Made by a program: the position numbers and the translations under genes
Notes under the pieces: generated by a model
Databases searched by the model: none
What the model was told of the DNA's origin: nothing
Seen by the model: the letters and a program-made list of their open reading frames with translations, nothing else
Assembly (NCBI RefSeq): GCF_030028105.1
Contig: NC_092383.1
Location: 86,137,921-86,201,920 of the forward strand
Direction of reading: 5' to 3'
Length of the DNA stretch: 64,000 bases
From: Mobula birostris
Lineage: Eukaryota
Shown here: piece after piece, positions 63,110-64,000 of the stretch
How the letters are laid out: each line of letters starts with the position of its first letter
How positions within the stretch are numbered: position 1 is the first letter of the stretch

Positions 63110-63430
63110 CGCTGCCATTGATTTCTGTCACGTAACTGCAGATATCTCCGTTGTTGAAGACTGTCGCATTAACCATTGCACTGGATCTCGCTCCAAGCCG
63201 ATTTGAGGCACTGCAGTAATATTGCTGGTGTGTGTGCTTGAAGGATTGACAATGCAGAGTCAGCTCATTGGTATCTGAGATCTTCGGATACCCAGATGAG
63301 GTTTGTTCATACCATCTGTATTGAATGGGAAGGGATCCCTGGAAGGACTCACAGGAAAGTGACACTGAGCCCCCGAGACATGAGACATTTGCTGGTGACA
63401 GATATCGAATCACAGGAACAGACACGAGTT
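63110..63430 (-). CDS. Gene A exon: C2/I-type Ig domain (paralog of 14569-14889)
   Basis: 321 nt open, CCCACAG|AA acceptor, G|GTAAGT donor, phase 1/1. Confidence 0.92.
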
Positions 63431-64000
63431 CTGTGGGAAAGAATTAAACATTCAGACACTGAATGAACATCTGAAAATCAGACACTCTTCTGTCACTTTA
63501 TTACGTACAAATATTAACCTGATCATTAATACAAATATCTAATCAGTCAATCAGACGATCAGCAACTCAACTCATCAAAGCATGCAGAAATATTCAAGAG
63601 TTTCAGTCAATGTTAGGCCAAAGTCAGAATGCGGAAGTATTGTGATCTAAGTACCTTTGAGCATGCAATTATTGCTGGTGCCAGACGGGGTAGTAAATAT
63701 CTAAGGCACTACTATCCTCCTGGGATTTTCACACACAACTGTTTCTAGAGTTCAGTGAGAATGGTACGAACAACATGAAAAAACATCCAGAGAGCAGCAA
63801 TTCTGTGAACAAAAGTGCTTTATTAATGAAAGAGGTCAGAGGAGAATGGCCAGACATGTTCATGCTGACAGAAAGGTGACGGGAATTCAAATAACCGTGG
63901 GTTATGACAGCGGTGTGCTGAAGAGCATCTGAAGGTACAACACGTCAAAGCTCGAAGTGGATGAGCCACAGAAGCAAGAGACCATGAACATCCACTCAGT

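Larger units (their letters stand above)
58845..64000. repeat. Segmental duplicate of ~8150-15490 (gene A vs gene B)
   Basis: 58845-62020~8150-11290 and 63090-64000~14540-15490, including shared old CR1, L2 and Tc1 inserts. Confidence 0.92.

Overview
Vertebrate genomic DNA, most likely a ray or skate (inferred from HE1/V-SINE-like SINEs and the CR1, RTE and Penelope repeat content). It is mostly decayed retroelements, but the minus strand carries a tandem cluster of multi-domain Ig-superfamily receptor genes of CD300/pIgR type, resembling the skate MDIR family. Gene A enters at the right edge and splices in consistent phase: C2 (63430-63110), 24-nt micro-exon (61830-61807), V (59534-59220), C2 (56808-56488), stalk (48284-48206), uncharged TM (47519-47437) and two cytoplasmic exons (44559-44513, 42478-42275) with one canonical ITIM and two ITIM-like tyrosines. 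Paralog gene B has leader (21959-21923), V (16008-15694), C2 (14889-14569), micro-exon (11129-11106) and V (8838-8524); no 3' exons of B are visible. An orphan duplicate of the promoter, leader and pseudo-V module lies at about 30.9-34.1 kb. Penelope-like 3' fragments carry minimal hammerhead ribozyme motifs, including a ~1 kb head-to-head inverted pair with a 14-bp flanking duplication. Four solo-LTR-like elements of one family have 5-bp TSDs and variable internal minisatellites. Exon calls are manual; repeat boundaries are approximate unless a TSD is quoted.
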